A stretch of DNA of 62,551 nt from Promethearchaeota archaeon (GCA_018238625.1 JABCSY010000010.1:1-62551); one strand, 5' to 3'. Positions 19,602 to 29,339 are shown, counted from the stretch's first letter. A program made the numbers and translations. The notes: generated by a model not told the origin, from the letters alone.

Positions 19602-19925
19602 ATGGAAAATCGAAAGGCAGTCAATAAAGTCGTATCCTTTGCTAAAAAATGTTTTAAGCAGACGAGACCTAAATTCTTGGAAGTACGGAGAGTAAAAGAC
19701 GAAAGGATTACGGAGTTCGGATATCCTCCCGTTGTGCTAAGGTCGAAAGCAATAGTAAAATATCTAGTGTACGCAGATTACACCGATCAGCTGAGAGTCT
19801 ATTTTTTTTCTAACTCAGGTCAATCTTTAGGCGCCAAAAATTACGACAAACCTAACGATATAAAGATCGAAATAGCGAAAAAAAGCAATTTAATTGCTAA
19901 ATTCCCTCGAAATCGGCGTCCTTGA
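19602..19925 (+). CDS. Basic hypothetical protein
   Basis: ATG at 19602 after GGAG; Lys/Arg-rich. Confidence 0.6.
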   Translation: MENRKAVNKVVSFAKKCFKQTRPKFLEVRRVKDERITEFGYPPVVLRSKAIVKYLVYADYTDQLRVYFFSNSGQSLGAKNYDKPNDIKIEIAKKSNLIAKFPRNRRP

Positions 19926-19948
19926 ACTTTTTGAGAATTAGTTGAGAT

Positions 19949-20054
19949 GTATACGATCGAATCGTTTTGTCGACTCTCGATTAATTTTGTCTACTTTTTA
20001 GTCCAAAGGTCGACCTTTTTAGCTCTTTGTCGACGATCTGTGGCAAAAGTAAAC
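19949..20054. repeat. Six GTnnAC hexamers at exact 20-bp periodicity
   Basis: GTATAC 19949, GTCGAC 19969, GTCTAC 19989, GTCGAC 20009, GTCGAC 20029, GTAAAC 20049, in a convergent intergenic gap. Confidence 0.8.
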
Positions 20055-20077
20055 TTTGTAGAATTATAAAGAGATAT

Positions 20078-20764
20078 TTATTGAATGAGAGGAACTATTC
20101 TCAGCAATTTCTTTAGTCCAAATTCTATATACACCACTCCCAGTATAGATTCAACCAAGGTGCCTTTTATGTGTTCTGTTGTCACGATTTTGGGATCTTC
20201 CATCGGATTCGCTTTTAAGCGGTTCAAGCGGCAAGAATACAGCCCCCACTCTTCGCAAAAGATCGCCAAGTTTTTGTTGGATGCCACATTCTTGCGTTTA
20301 GTCGTAAGTTCTCCCGTCGTAGACAAAGAAGAATCCCATAATATTTGTACTATCGCTAAATCGAGCGCAGCATCGCCGATCAAGGCAAGCACTACTGCTG
20401 CATCTCCCGAACTCGCCAGTTCTATTAGCTCATCCTCGCTTAATGGGCGGTTTGCGTCGTCCTTAAAGTGAGTGTTGAGGTGCTCGAAGATGTTTCGGAT
20501 GCTGGGGCGCGCCAAAGCAAACATCACAAGTTCTGGGGTTGGAAACGTTAACCGAAACAATTTTTCCAACTTGGGAATGACGATCTTTTTGATTTTTTCC
20601 ATTTGTCCTAAAATATGGTTGAGTTCCACTAAAAATCCTGAAAGCTTCGCAAGTTTTTTTCTGTGGTTAATGGGAACGTCGTTTTTTTCTCTTTCGATGT
20701 AATCCTTTAAAATCCTCGCTTTCTTGACCAATCCTATGGCGTTCCACTTGAGTTTATCTTGCAT
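20078..20764 (-). CDS. RNase III-domain protein without dsRBD (Mini-III-like)
   Basis: LALIGDAALDLAI signature, GELTTKRKNVASNKNLA, GTLVESILGVVYIEFG. Confidence 0.82.
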   Translation of the reverse strand: MQDKLKWNAIGLVKKARILKDYIEREKNDVPINHRKKLAKLSGFLVELNHILGQMEKIKKIVIPKLEKLFRLTFPTPELVMFALARPSIRNIFEHLNTHFKDDANRPLSEDELIELASSGDAAVVLALIGDAALDLAIVQILWDSSLSTTGELTTKRKNVASNKNLAIFCEEWGLYSCRLNRLKANPMEDPKIVTTEHIKGTLVESILGVVYIEFGLKKLLRIVPLIQ

Positions 20765-21270
20765 GATTTCTTTTTGAATTGCGTTTACTTAGATATAATA
20801 ATTCTCTGTAATAAATAAAATTAATAAAAAAAATATCTATCGTGTATTGTGTTGGAATTTGAAAAGGCGAGTAAAATAGAAAAAATCGAATTTATTGGGG
20901 TATGAGGGTAAACAAATCATACACGATATTTTGTTTTTATTAAAATAAACTTAAGTTCGTGATTTTCGTAATACTTCATATTCAACGAAAAAGGTTAGAT
21001 TTCAAACTTAATTACAACAAAATTTAGTAGTTTAAATGATTTTGGGTAGATATAAAATTAAGTGATTGTGTTTAACTCTTTCGCTGACCCTCATTCTTTT
21101 TTAAGCGCGAAAAAATCGTCCCAAATCTCTTGGTACTTTCCAGACCATGTATCAAGCTTCTTAAATTTTTCTTTTATATATCAAGGGATAATAAATTCTC
21201 TAAAAATTAACTGTTTTAATTTAATAGGAAAAAAAGAATTAAAGGTGACAATATTATTTTAAGTTCTGAA

Positions 21271-21666
21271 TTGTCTAAAGATTTTAGCGTAAGGCTCCAA
21301 GTAAAAATATGCATTAAAAATAGAATGAACGAAAATTTTAAAACAGTACTAGGAGATATAAAAAAAGAGCGTAACTTGGATAAAACTGTTTACGATTACT
21401 TAAGAGAATTTGAAAGAAAAGGCGTTATTGAAGTTAAGCGCGATAATAATAAATATCTATACATAAGGTTAACGAAAAAAGCCCTTCAACAGCTAAACGA
21501 CCAGATGCTAACGCCCTTTAGCAACGATATACGAAGATTGGTCTTGAAGCTGGACGAGGGTAGCGCCCCTAAAGTAGAAGTTGACGATAATTTAATTAAT
21601 TTCGCTTTGTCTTCTAAACCAGAGTTATCTTCCTTAATTAATCTTTCACGAATAATATTTTTATAG
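21271..21666 (+). CDS. Putative winged-helix DNA-binding protein
   Basis: DKTVYDYLREFERKGVIEVKR...YIRLTKKA wHTH pattern; start uncertain. Confidence 0.55.
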   Translation: MSKDFSVRLQVKICIKNRMNENFKTVLGDIKKERNLDKTVYDYLREFERKGVIEVKRDNNKYLYIRLTKKALQQLNDQMLTPFSNDIRRLVLKLDEGSAPKVEVDDNLINFALSSKPELSSLINLSRIIFL

Positions 21667-21857
21667 TGTGTGTGCGTGTTTTAATTACTTTTTTTGTGTT
21701 AAAAATTATAATTATTAATGTTTAAATATAAGTTTTTTCACCTTATATTTAGTATTAAAACGACAAACTTGTCCTTTTGAAAAAGCTTAAAGAACAGTAT
21801 TAACTTAAAAAAGACTTTTTATAAAAAAAAGAATAAATAGTGTAAAAATAAAGTAAA

Positions 21858-23756
21858 GTGAGGAATATAGTAAATAAAACGAAAGCTTCAAAAAAAAGAT
21901 TTAAAGCATTATTTAAAGGAATCCCTATTCCTACATATTCGTGGCAAAAGATTGATGACGATTTAATTTTAATCGATTATAACGATGCTGCTGATAAATT
22001 AACTAAAGGAATGATGAAGAATTACATAGGCACAAAAGCTTCAGAAATGTATAAGAATCAACCAGAAATCTTAGAAGACTTACATCGCTGTGCTAACGAT
22101 CGTGTAAGTATTTTCAGAGAAATAAAGTATGGTTACATGTCTACGGGAGTAGAAAGATTTTTATCTGTAATGTATGGTTTCATCCCCCCAGATTTAGTTA
22201 TTGTTCATACAGAAGACATTACGGTAAAAAAAGAAGTCTTAGAAAGATTGAAAAAATCTGAAAAAGAATTAAAAGCATTGACTTTAAAGCTAAAGCAAAG
22301 AATTGGTATGTCTGAGGAAAAATATAGAACCATTTTCGAAAATACTGGAACTGCAACAGTCATAATAGAGGAGGACACTACGATTTCGCTTGTAAATGGG
22401 CAGTTTGAAGAGCTTTCTGGTTATTCAAGAGAAGAGATCGAATGGAAAAAAAGTTGGACAGAGTTTGTTATCGAGGAAGATTTGGAAAGTATGAAAAAAC
22501 TCCATTACTCCCGGAGAAAAGATCCAGAATCTACTCTAAGAAAGTATGAATTTCGTTTTGTCAATAAAGAAGGTAATGTTCGAGACATCCTCCTAGTTAT
22601 CGATATGATCCCTGGGACTAAAAAAAGCGTAGCATCTCTTTTGGATATCACCAAGCGCAAAAAAGCAGAGGAAAAATATCGGTATTTATTTGATAACGCA
22701 CAAGTAGGGTTATATTGGTCAAGATTAAGCGATGGTAAAATTTTAGAATGTAATGATACTTTTGCTAAAATAGTTGGATACGATACGCGAGAGCAGAGTT
22801 TAGCAAGTTATGTTGCTGCTGAGCATTATATTGATGCAAATGCGCGGAGTGAACTGTTAAAAGAAATCCCTGATAATAAAGAAGTTAAGAATTATGAAAT
22901 ACATGTCACCAAAAAAGACGGTACGCCCATTTGGTTGAGTATCTCTGCTCGAAAGTTTGAAAAAGAAAATCGTATTGAAGGCGCCGCCATTGACATCACC
23001 GAGCGCAAGAATAACGAACAAAAGTTAAAAGAATCAGAAGAAAAATATCGAGAAGCGTACAATCGAGCAGAGTTCTATAAAGACGTATTTGCTCACGATA
23101 TCAACAATATATTACAAAGTATTTTGTCTGGAACGCAAATTAGCGAGTTAATTCTCGACAATCCTGAAAAACTCGAAAATTTAAAAATAAACGCTAGAAT
23201 TATTAAAGAGCAAGTAATTAGGGGGGCAAAACTAGTTTCTAACGTGCGAAAGCTTTCACAACTCGAAGAGGCAGGAAAAAATTTAGAAAAAATTGAAATT
23301 CTTAACGTTTTAAAAAGAGTAATTTCAATCGTGAAGAAATCTTATGAAGATAAAAATATGGCTTTTCAAATTGATTCTGTAGATGAAAATCTTTTTGTTA
23401 AAACCAACGATTTTTTAGAGGACGTGTTTGAAAACCTTTTAATTAACGCAATAAGACATAACAGGAATCTAATAATAGAAATTACCGTTAGAATTTCAAG
23501 AGAGCAACAAAACGGCATAAATTACCTTAAAATGGAATTCCTGGATAATGGTATCGGAGTGGACGATTTTATGAAAGAAAGAATCTTTAAAAGAGCGTAT
23601 AGCAAAGAAGAAATCTTTCTTGGAATGGGTTTAGGGTTGTCGCTCGTGCGAGGAATTATCGAAACTTATAACGGAAAGATATGGGTAGAAGATAGGGTTA
23701 AGGGAGACCGTTCGAAAGGAAGCAATTTCGTATTATTAATTCCAGAGGTTGATTAA
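21858..23756 (+). CDS. Multi-PAS sensor histidine kinase
   Basis: Three PAS/PAC units ending in DIT; H-box FAHDINNIL; N-box NLLINAIRH; DNGIG; GMGLGLS. Confidence 0.95.
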   Translation: MRNIVNKTKASKKRFKALFKGIPIPTYSWQKIDDDLILIDYNDAADKLTKGMMKNYIGTKASEMYKNQPEILEDLHRCANDRVSIFREIKYGYMSTGVERFLSVMYGFIPPDLVIVHTEDITVKKEVLERLKKSEKELKALTLKLKQRIGMSEEKYRTIFENTGTATVIIEEDTTISLVNGQFEELSGYSREEIEWKKSWTEFVIEEDLESMKKLHYSRRKDPESTLRKYEFRFVNKEGNVRDILLVIDMIPGTKKSVASLLDITKRKKAEEKYRYLFDNAQVGLYWSRLSDGKILECNDTFAKIVGYDTREQSLASYVAAEHYIDANARSELLKEIPDNKEVKNYEIHVTKKDGTPIWLSISARKFEKENRIEGAAIDITERKNNEQKLKESEEKYREAYNRAEFYKDVFAHDINNILQSILSGTQISELILDNPEKLENLKINARIIKEQVIRGAKLVSNVRKLSQLEEAGKNLEKIEILNVLKRVISIVKKSYEDKNMAFQIDSVDENLFVKTNDFLEDVFENLLINAIRHNRNLIIEITVRISREQQNGINYLKMEFLDNGIGVDDFMKERIFKRAYSKEEIFLGMGLGLSLVRGIIETYNGKIWVEDRVKGDRSKGSNFVLLIPEVD

Positions 23757-24141
23757 AATAGAAAAAGTATTTATCGTTGACGACGAACCTTCAATTCAAT
23801 TCTTCTACGAGCAAGTTCTAACTATAGGCAATTTTGAGGTAGCAGGTATTGCCAGCAATGGAATAGAAGCAGTTTCCGTGTTCAAATCGTTTTCAAACAA
23901 GCCTAAAGTTATTTTAATAGACCAGCGAATGCCCGAAATGAGCGGGATTGAAGCGTCAAAGTTAATATTACAAATTGATAATAGGGTAAGAATTATATTT
24001 GTAAGCGCCGATGCTAGCGTTAAAGAAGAGGCCATTTCCATTGGTGTGTTTTTATTTATAGATAAAATTTTTTCAATAGACGAATTGATAGATGCTATTA
24101 ATAGAGCCATCGAAAGTTATGCTTCCTTAAAGGAAAATTGA
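23749..24141 (+). CDS. Stand-alone response regulator receiver
   Basis: VFIVDDE, ILIDQRMPEMSG, FVSA, IDK; start is TTG 23749 or ATA 23758. Confidence 0.92.
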   Translation: MIKIEKVFIVDDEPSIQFFYEQVLTIGNFEVAGIASNGIEAVSVFKSFSNKPKVILIDQRMPEMSGIEASKLILQIDNRVRIIFVSADASVKEEAISIGVFLFIDKIFSIDELIDAINRAIESYASLKEN

Positions 24142-24527
24142 TTTTTTTAGTATACGATAATTATTGAACATTCGAAAAAGACATAGATATTTAATTCAAG
24201 GATTCTTCGCTTATGAAAGAGTTTAACACGGTCTCTCGAAGTGTTTCAACTACGTGTGAAATTAAAAATATTGATTAAATGCAATTATAGAGATAGATTT
24301 TATTTTTTGATTCAGAAGAAGAATATTCCTTAATTGCTCTCAATGCTATTATTAATAATAAAAGGTATGAAGAATATGATGTTCAAATTAAATCTAAAGC
24401 TCAAATTAAATTATTATCTTCCATCACTGATTTTGAAAAAATCTCTCTTTATCAATACTCTGAATATAAAAGAAATATTATCAATGTCTCTAAAGACAAG
24501 AATGTAATCGTCTTTATTGCTCAATAT

Positions 24528-25532
24528 ATGGGTCCTGAGATTGATCATACTAATTACTTCGATTTTGCCATTTATTTAGATAGTTTTGATCTTCCATATT
24601 TTAGTGATAATAAAGGAAATGTCTTTGAATGTCATGAAATAATAGAAATTATGCGTAGATTCAAACCAAAAGCACCTAAAAAAGTAAAAAAACTAGAACC
24701 CCCTAAAAAACTAAATGCATTCAAATCAGAAGTTGAAACTTATGAGAGAATAACTAAGAAAAATGCCATATGGCGTGGGAGTGAAACAAAAACATTTCAA
24801 AAATGGAAAATGAGGGTTAATAAGGAATTTCGGGAGAAGACAGGTGGTTTTCCATACTTTAAGGGAAAAATTACTCAGAAATATGATTTATACTTAAACA
24901 ATCTCATAAAGAAGCCTGTTTCTAAAAAAACTCCACCTAAAAAATCTACCGTCAAAAAATCTACGGTTAGAAGTCCTATTGCTAAAGACACTGTAGATAA
25001 AAAGAAACCAACTATTAAGACCTTAACACCATTAAATTTAGAAGCTATTATTTATAAAAAATTGACAGGGAAGAATCCTATATATGGTGGAAAAATAACT
25101 AAGGCTTTTAAAGATTGGAAATTAAAAAATCATAAAGAATTTCAACAAAAAATAGGTGGGAAGCCTTATTATAAAGGAAATCTTACAAAAAAGTATGATT
25201 TTTACTTAAATAATCTCATTAAGAAGCCTGTTTCTAAAAAAGCTCCACCTAAAAAGCCTAAAGTCAAAAAGTCTACGGTTAGACGTCCTATTGCTAAAGA
25301 CTTTGTAGATAAAAAGAAACCAACTGTTAAGAACTTAACACCATTAAATTCAGAAGCTAAAATTTATAAAAAATTGACAGGGAAGAATCCTTTATATGGT
25401 GGACGAATAACTAAGGCCTATGAAAATTGGAAATTAAAAAATCATAAAGAATTTCAACAAAAAGTAGGTGGGAAGCTTTATTATAAAGGAATTCCTACGA
25501 AAAAGTATGAAATGTATTTAAATTCTCTTTAA
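24528..25532 (+). CDS. Lys-rich hypothetical protein with repeated [YF]xxxTGKxPxYxGxxTKx[FY]xx[WY] modules
   Basis: Six motif copies with KKP-rich linkers. The frame is open upstream to 24297 with no ATG/GTG/TTG, so the true start is uncertain. Confidence 0.75.
   Translation: MGPEIDHTNYFDFAIYLDSFDLPYFSDNKGNVFECHEIIEIMRRFKPKAPKKVKKLEPPKKLNAFKSEVETYERITKKNAIWRGSETKTFQKWKMRVNKEFREKTGGFPYFKGKITQKYDLYLNNLIKKPVSKKTPPKKSTVKKSTVRSPIAKDTVDKKKPTIKTLTPLNLEAIIYKKLTGKNPIYGGKITKAFKDWKLKNHKEFQQKIGGKPYYKGNLTKKYDFYLNNLIKKPVSKKAPPKKPKVKKSTVRRPIAKDFVDKKKPTVKNLTPLNSEAKIYKKLTGKNPLYGGRITKAYENWKLKNHKEFQQKVGGKLYYKGIPTKKYEMYLNSL
24882..25510 (+). repeat. 312-bp (104-codon) intragenic tandem duplication
   Basis: AAGAAGCCTGTTTCT at 24909 and 25221; TATGA at 24882, 25194 and 25506. 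Confidence 0.9.
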
Positions 25533-25560
25533 AATGAAAATCTTTTTGAAATTTGACTTA

Positions 25561-26166
25561 TTAATCATCGAGAGTTTCAATTTTATTAATAATTTCGAAT
25601 TTGTTTACGCTGTAATATATCGGTTTACTCAATCTATCAACGGTAGCAACGATCAAGTCCTTTCGAGAGCTCATTGCTACGCGAGACATTTTGTCCAATT
25701 CTTTCAAATCTATTGGATCCCCTTCAAATACGGGGTAAATCAAGAACTTGGCGGAATCTTTTTCGAAATCGGCCCCTCGTTTATACACTCGAAAGTCAAT
25801 GCCTTCTCCATATCCCGTTCGAACAATATATCCCCTTTTTCGCAAATCCATATATATGATATATTTTTGCCACAGACGATCGTCAAATTTCGAAAAGTAC
25901 TCCAATAAACTTTCGAACTCGTATAGAGCATTTTTCTTATCGTTTTCAACATACAATAAAATCCGATTTCTTTCGCGTAAGAGTAATACTTCAATAGGTT
26001 CTAAGACTAAACTATCTTCAGCGTCATCTTTTTTTACGAGCGTACCAATATAAGAGTTCTTATAAAATTCTTCAATGCACTCCTTGTCTGAGATTACAAC
26101 CTTATCGTCCTCAATAATTCCTTCAAATTGGATTTTTTCAGGTTTTTCATTAGTTTTTTCGTTCAT
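25561..26166 (-). CDS. endA: tRNA-splicing endonuclease subunit (probably non-catalytic)
   Basis: LEPIEVLLL, YIIYMDLRKRGYIVRTG.G.GIDFRVYKRG, SRVAMSSRKDLIVATVD; catalytic His position appears to be Ser. Confidence 0.88.
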   Translation of the reverse strand: MNEKTNEKPEKIQFEGIIEDDKVVISDKECIEEFYKNSYIGTLVKKDDAEDSLVLEPIEVLLLRERNRILLYVENDKKNALYEFESLLEYFSKFDDRLWQKYIIYMDLRKRGYIVRTGYGEGIDFRVYKRGADFEKDSAKFLIYPVFEGDPIDLKELDKMSRVAMSSRKDLIVATVDRLSKPIYYSVNKFEIINKIETLDD

Positions 26167-26305
26167 GTTCTATTATGTCATAGTCTTTCATAATTAAAGA
26201 ATTTAATTCTTTAAACGAATAGACCTCCAAGATTAGGAAAGCAAAAAAAAAAAGAATAGGCTCAAATATATTTGAGTTTTATATCAAAGCTTTTTTTTTG
26301 GAAAA

Positions 26306-27187
26306 TTATTTCGATGATTTAATTACAAAGTCGACTAATTTTCCTAATTTTTTAACGTTAGCATATATTTTAGGTGAGTTTTCTTCCAAATAACCTTTAA
26401 AAACTTCCCAACTTTCGGTTTTATCGGAAGGTGCTTTAGATAAAAACTTTTTGACTTCAGTAAAATCGCTAGAATAAATTAAAGCATTATCCACTCTATT
26501 AGCATAATCGCTTAATAGAAATAAGTAATAATCGTTGAGATCCCAAGGATTTAGAACATAATCTGGCTTGTTTCCATCTCCAGCTTTTCTGCTCCTTAGC
26601 ATTCGTGTGTCTACTTGTGTTGGCAAAACCATGTTAAAATTAATATTTTCTTTTTTGTATTCAGCAACTAAAACGCTTTGGATTCCTACAACTGCATATT
26701 TGGCGGCTACGTAAGCGGTAAATTTAGGCATTCCCATTGGATAAGCAGCACTGCCAGTAATTACAAACCTGGCTTTTTCTTTTTTATCGTCTTTTTTCAA
26801 ATAAGGATACGCGGCTTTAAAAGTATGAAATACGCCTAAGACATTTACATTTATTATGTTCGCAAATCTTTCGTTATCAAAATCGTGTGTATTACCCATC
26901 CGAGAAGCGCCTGCGTTGGCGATAACACCGTTTAATAACCCAAGATTATCGTGAAAATATTTAAACGCATCAGCAACTTCATCGTAATTTGTGATATCAG
27001 CAGTTTTAACGGCGATATTAACGCCAGACCCTAAAGATTCTATTTCTTGCTTTGTATTATTTATTTCCTCAAGAGTTCTTGCTAATAGTCCAATATTAGC
27101 ACCTTCTCTTGCGCAAGCTATAGCTACTGCTTTTCCAATACCTCTTCCCGATCCAGTAACTATTGCGTTTTTACCTTTTAATAGCAT
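26306..27187 (-). CDS. Short-chain dehydrogenase/reductase
   Basis: TGSGRGIG, ANAG, YVAAK catalytic YxxxK, VDTRML. Confidence 0.93.
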   Translation of the reverse strand: MLLKGKNAIVTGSGRGIGKAVAIACAREGANIGLLARTLEEINNTKQEIESLGSGVNIAVKTADITNYDEVADAFKYFHDNLGLLNGVIANAGASRMGNTHDFDNERFANIINVNVLGVFHTFKAAYPYLKKDDKKEKARFVITGSAAYPMGMPKFTAYVAAKYAVVGIQSVLVAEYKKENINFNMVLPTQVDTRMLRSRKAGDGNKPDYVLNPWDLNDYYLFLLSDYANRVDNALIYSSDFTEVKKFLSKAPSDKTESWEVFKGYLEENSPKIYANVKKLGKLVDFVIKSSK

Positions 27188-27240
27188 AATAAAAAGATAG
27201 TAGAGTAAAAAAAAAAAAATTAACTATTTTATGATTTAAT

Positions 27241-28608
27241 TTAAGCTTTCATCTTTGCTTTTTTTTCCTTGTGGATTTGATCTAATTTTACCCTTATATC
27301 TTTAAGATTTTCACCATGTAGAGGATAGTAGTACATGAAAATCAAACTAATCGCAGTGACAATGGCGGGTATAAGCAAGAATAAAATGTCAATACCAATC
27401 AATGTGAAAGCGGATTGTATATCCGATCCTGAATTGTATAGAAATAATTCTAACACTATTGTTGCAACTATTGGGCCTAAACTAGCTGCTGGTTTCGTGA
27501 AAAGAGCGTTCATGCCCAAGAGCATCCCTTCTCTACGCGTTCCGTGGTTAATCTCATCCTCATCAGCAGATAAATACATGGTTGGGACCACAAATACGCC
27601 ATAACCTCCAAAAAAGGTTGATATAATTAGCCCAATCATAGCTAACGATGAACTCTGAACAATCACTAATAATACAAACGAAATGAGCATACCTACAACT
27701 TTTAGAGCCCCAAATCTCAATATAATTTTACGCATACCCCATTTTGGTCTTAATTTCATACAAAGAATGTTTGAACCATAACCTACAAGAATAAATATTA
27801 CGAAATAAATGATGGTTGAATTATCTCCAAGTATAAAGCTCCATATAAATAGATAACTTAGTCCTATTGAACTTAAAAATGTGACACAAAAGTTAAATCC
27901 TACAAAAATTAAGAACGACTTTAACTTAAACATTTCTTTAACAGACTTCCATAGAGGAAATACCTCATCTTTTTGAAATTCTGGTTTTTCTTCGCATAAG
28001 TATGCCGTTAACCAAAGAAAAAGCGTAGAAATAATAGCTATTCCAATCATTAAGAATTGGAAACTTTGAGATGTAGGTTGCATATCTCCTAATATCACAA
28101 AAAAAGGAACTACAAAGATTGCCCCAAAAACTAAAGATAAGAAGTGCGCTTTATTTCTTTCGTCAAGGTCCGAAGTCATTTCAGGTAACAACGCCATCCA
28201 TACAAGAACAACAAGCGTAAGCATAGTGTCAAACAAACAAATACTTATAACATAATGGAAAAATATTATTATTTGATTATCGAAACTCCACGGAAACCAA
28301 ACCAATAAGAATGTTAGAGCCCATATTGGTGCGCCGTATTTAATATATATGATTCTACGACTACCCCATTTTTTGCGGTTCGTTCGATCAGAAAGCTGTC
28401 CAGACAACGGGTCGTTTAAGGCATTAATGGTCATGTAAATTATTTGTCCGAGAATAAATAGACCTGGAAGTAGCTGTAAATCGTCGTAAAAAAGTTCCAC
28501 ATATTTTAGACTAAATATATATGCTAGTAAACCCGATGGTATTGCGCCAATTGCATACCCCCATAAATTTCGAGAGCTTATTTTATCTTTTACGCTATTT
28601 GACAACAA
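27241..28608 (-). CDS. MFS transporter, GPH (MelB-like) glycoside:cation symporter family
   Basis: INALNDPLSGQLSDRT...WGSRR, ALLPEMTSDLDER, DEDEINHGTRREG, about 12 TM, YYPL near C-terminus. Confidence 0.9.
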   Translation of the reverse strand: MLSNSVKDKISSRNLWGYAIGAIPSGLLAYIFSLKYVELFYDDLQLLPGLFILGQIIYMTINALNDPLSGQLSDRTNRKKWGSRRIIYIKYGAPIWALTFLLVWFPWSFDNQIIIFFHYVISICLFDTMLTLVVLVWMALLPEMTSDLDERNKAHFLSLVFGAIFVVPFFVILGDMQPTSQSFQFLMIGIAIISTLFLWLTAYLCEEKPEFQKDEVFPLWKSVKEMFKLKSFLIFVGFNFCVTFLSSIGLSYLFIWSFILGDNSTIIYFVIFILVGYGSNILCMKLRPKWGMRKIILRFGALKVVGMLISFVLLVIVQSSSLAMIGLIISTFFGGYGVFVVPTMYLSADEDEINHGTRREGMLLGMNALFTKPAASLGPIVATIVLELFLYNSGSDIQSAFTLIGIDILFLLIPAIVTAISLIFMYYYPLHGENLKDIRVKLDQIHKEKKAKMKA

Positions 28609-28751
28609 AAATCTCCTAGTTTTTTATTTAATTTTTTTTAAAATGTAGATACATTTCATTTCAAGAACATATATAGTTTTTTTTTTTAAAAATTAGAATT
28701 CTACTAGAAATGCTAAAATTAATGTTTTATTGTACAATTTAAAGCTTAATT

Positions 28752-29339
28752 ATGGGAGATTTAGATTTTTACGAGACACTCAAACATAGACTAAATAGCG
28801 CTAAAAATGGTGCTAAAAAAGTAGTTTTCATGGGGATTGGAGAAGAAAAACTAAGAGACGATGGCGTTGGTCCTTATATTATTAGCAAACTTTTATCTTA
28901 TTCTGATGAAAGAGTTTTATTCATAAATGCGGGAATTGATCCAATGGCAAGAATCGATGACGTAATAAATTTTGAACCTTCACATTTGATTCTTATAGAT
29001 ACTTGTACGTTAAGCAAACCTCCCGGGACCGTTGCAATATTAGAGCGCGAGAATATTTGCGATTACGTGCCAATCTCTACTCACACTATTCCTGTACATA
29101 TTGTAATCGATCTAATCGTTGAGAAATTACCCGATTTGAATGTTTTTATGATTGGCTTTGTTCCAAAAAGTTTTGAAGGATTTACGGAGCTAAAGTTATA
29201 TAAACAAGACGAATTATCTCTAGAAGATCGAAGCGATAATATAGATTTGCCCTTTTTTGAACCTCAGTTAACTAAAATGATTGAAAAAGAAGCGGATAAA
29301 TTAATAGAAATAATTAAAAATTTGATTAAAGCGTTTTAA
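28752..29339 (+). CDS. hycI: Hydrogenase maturation protease (HycI-like)
   Basis: VFMGIGEEKLRDDGVG, LILIDT, ISTHTIP. Confidence 0.85.
   Translation: MGDLDFYETLKHRLNSAKNGAKKVVFMGIGEEKLRDDGVGPYIISKLLSYSDERVLFINAGIDPMARIDDVINFEPSHLILIDTCTLSKPPGTVAILERENICDYVPISTHTIPVHIVIDLIVEKLPDLNVFMIGFVPKSFEGFTELKLYKQDELSLEDRSDNIDLPFFEPQLTKMIEKEADKLIEIIKNLIKAF

Noticed and set aside
19949-20054. CRISPR or mini-array interpretation of the periodic sites
   Set aside because: The conserved unit is only 6 bp with 14-bp spacers, and no cas genes are present.
21062-21262. 66-aa ORF
   Set aside because: Low-complexity AT-rich sequence with no SD or motif; probably intergenic.
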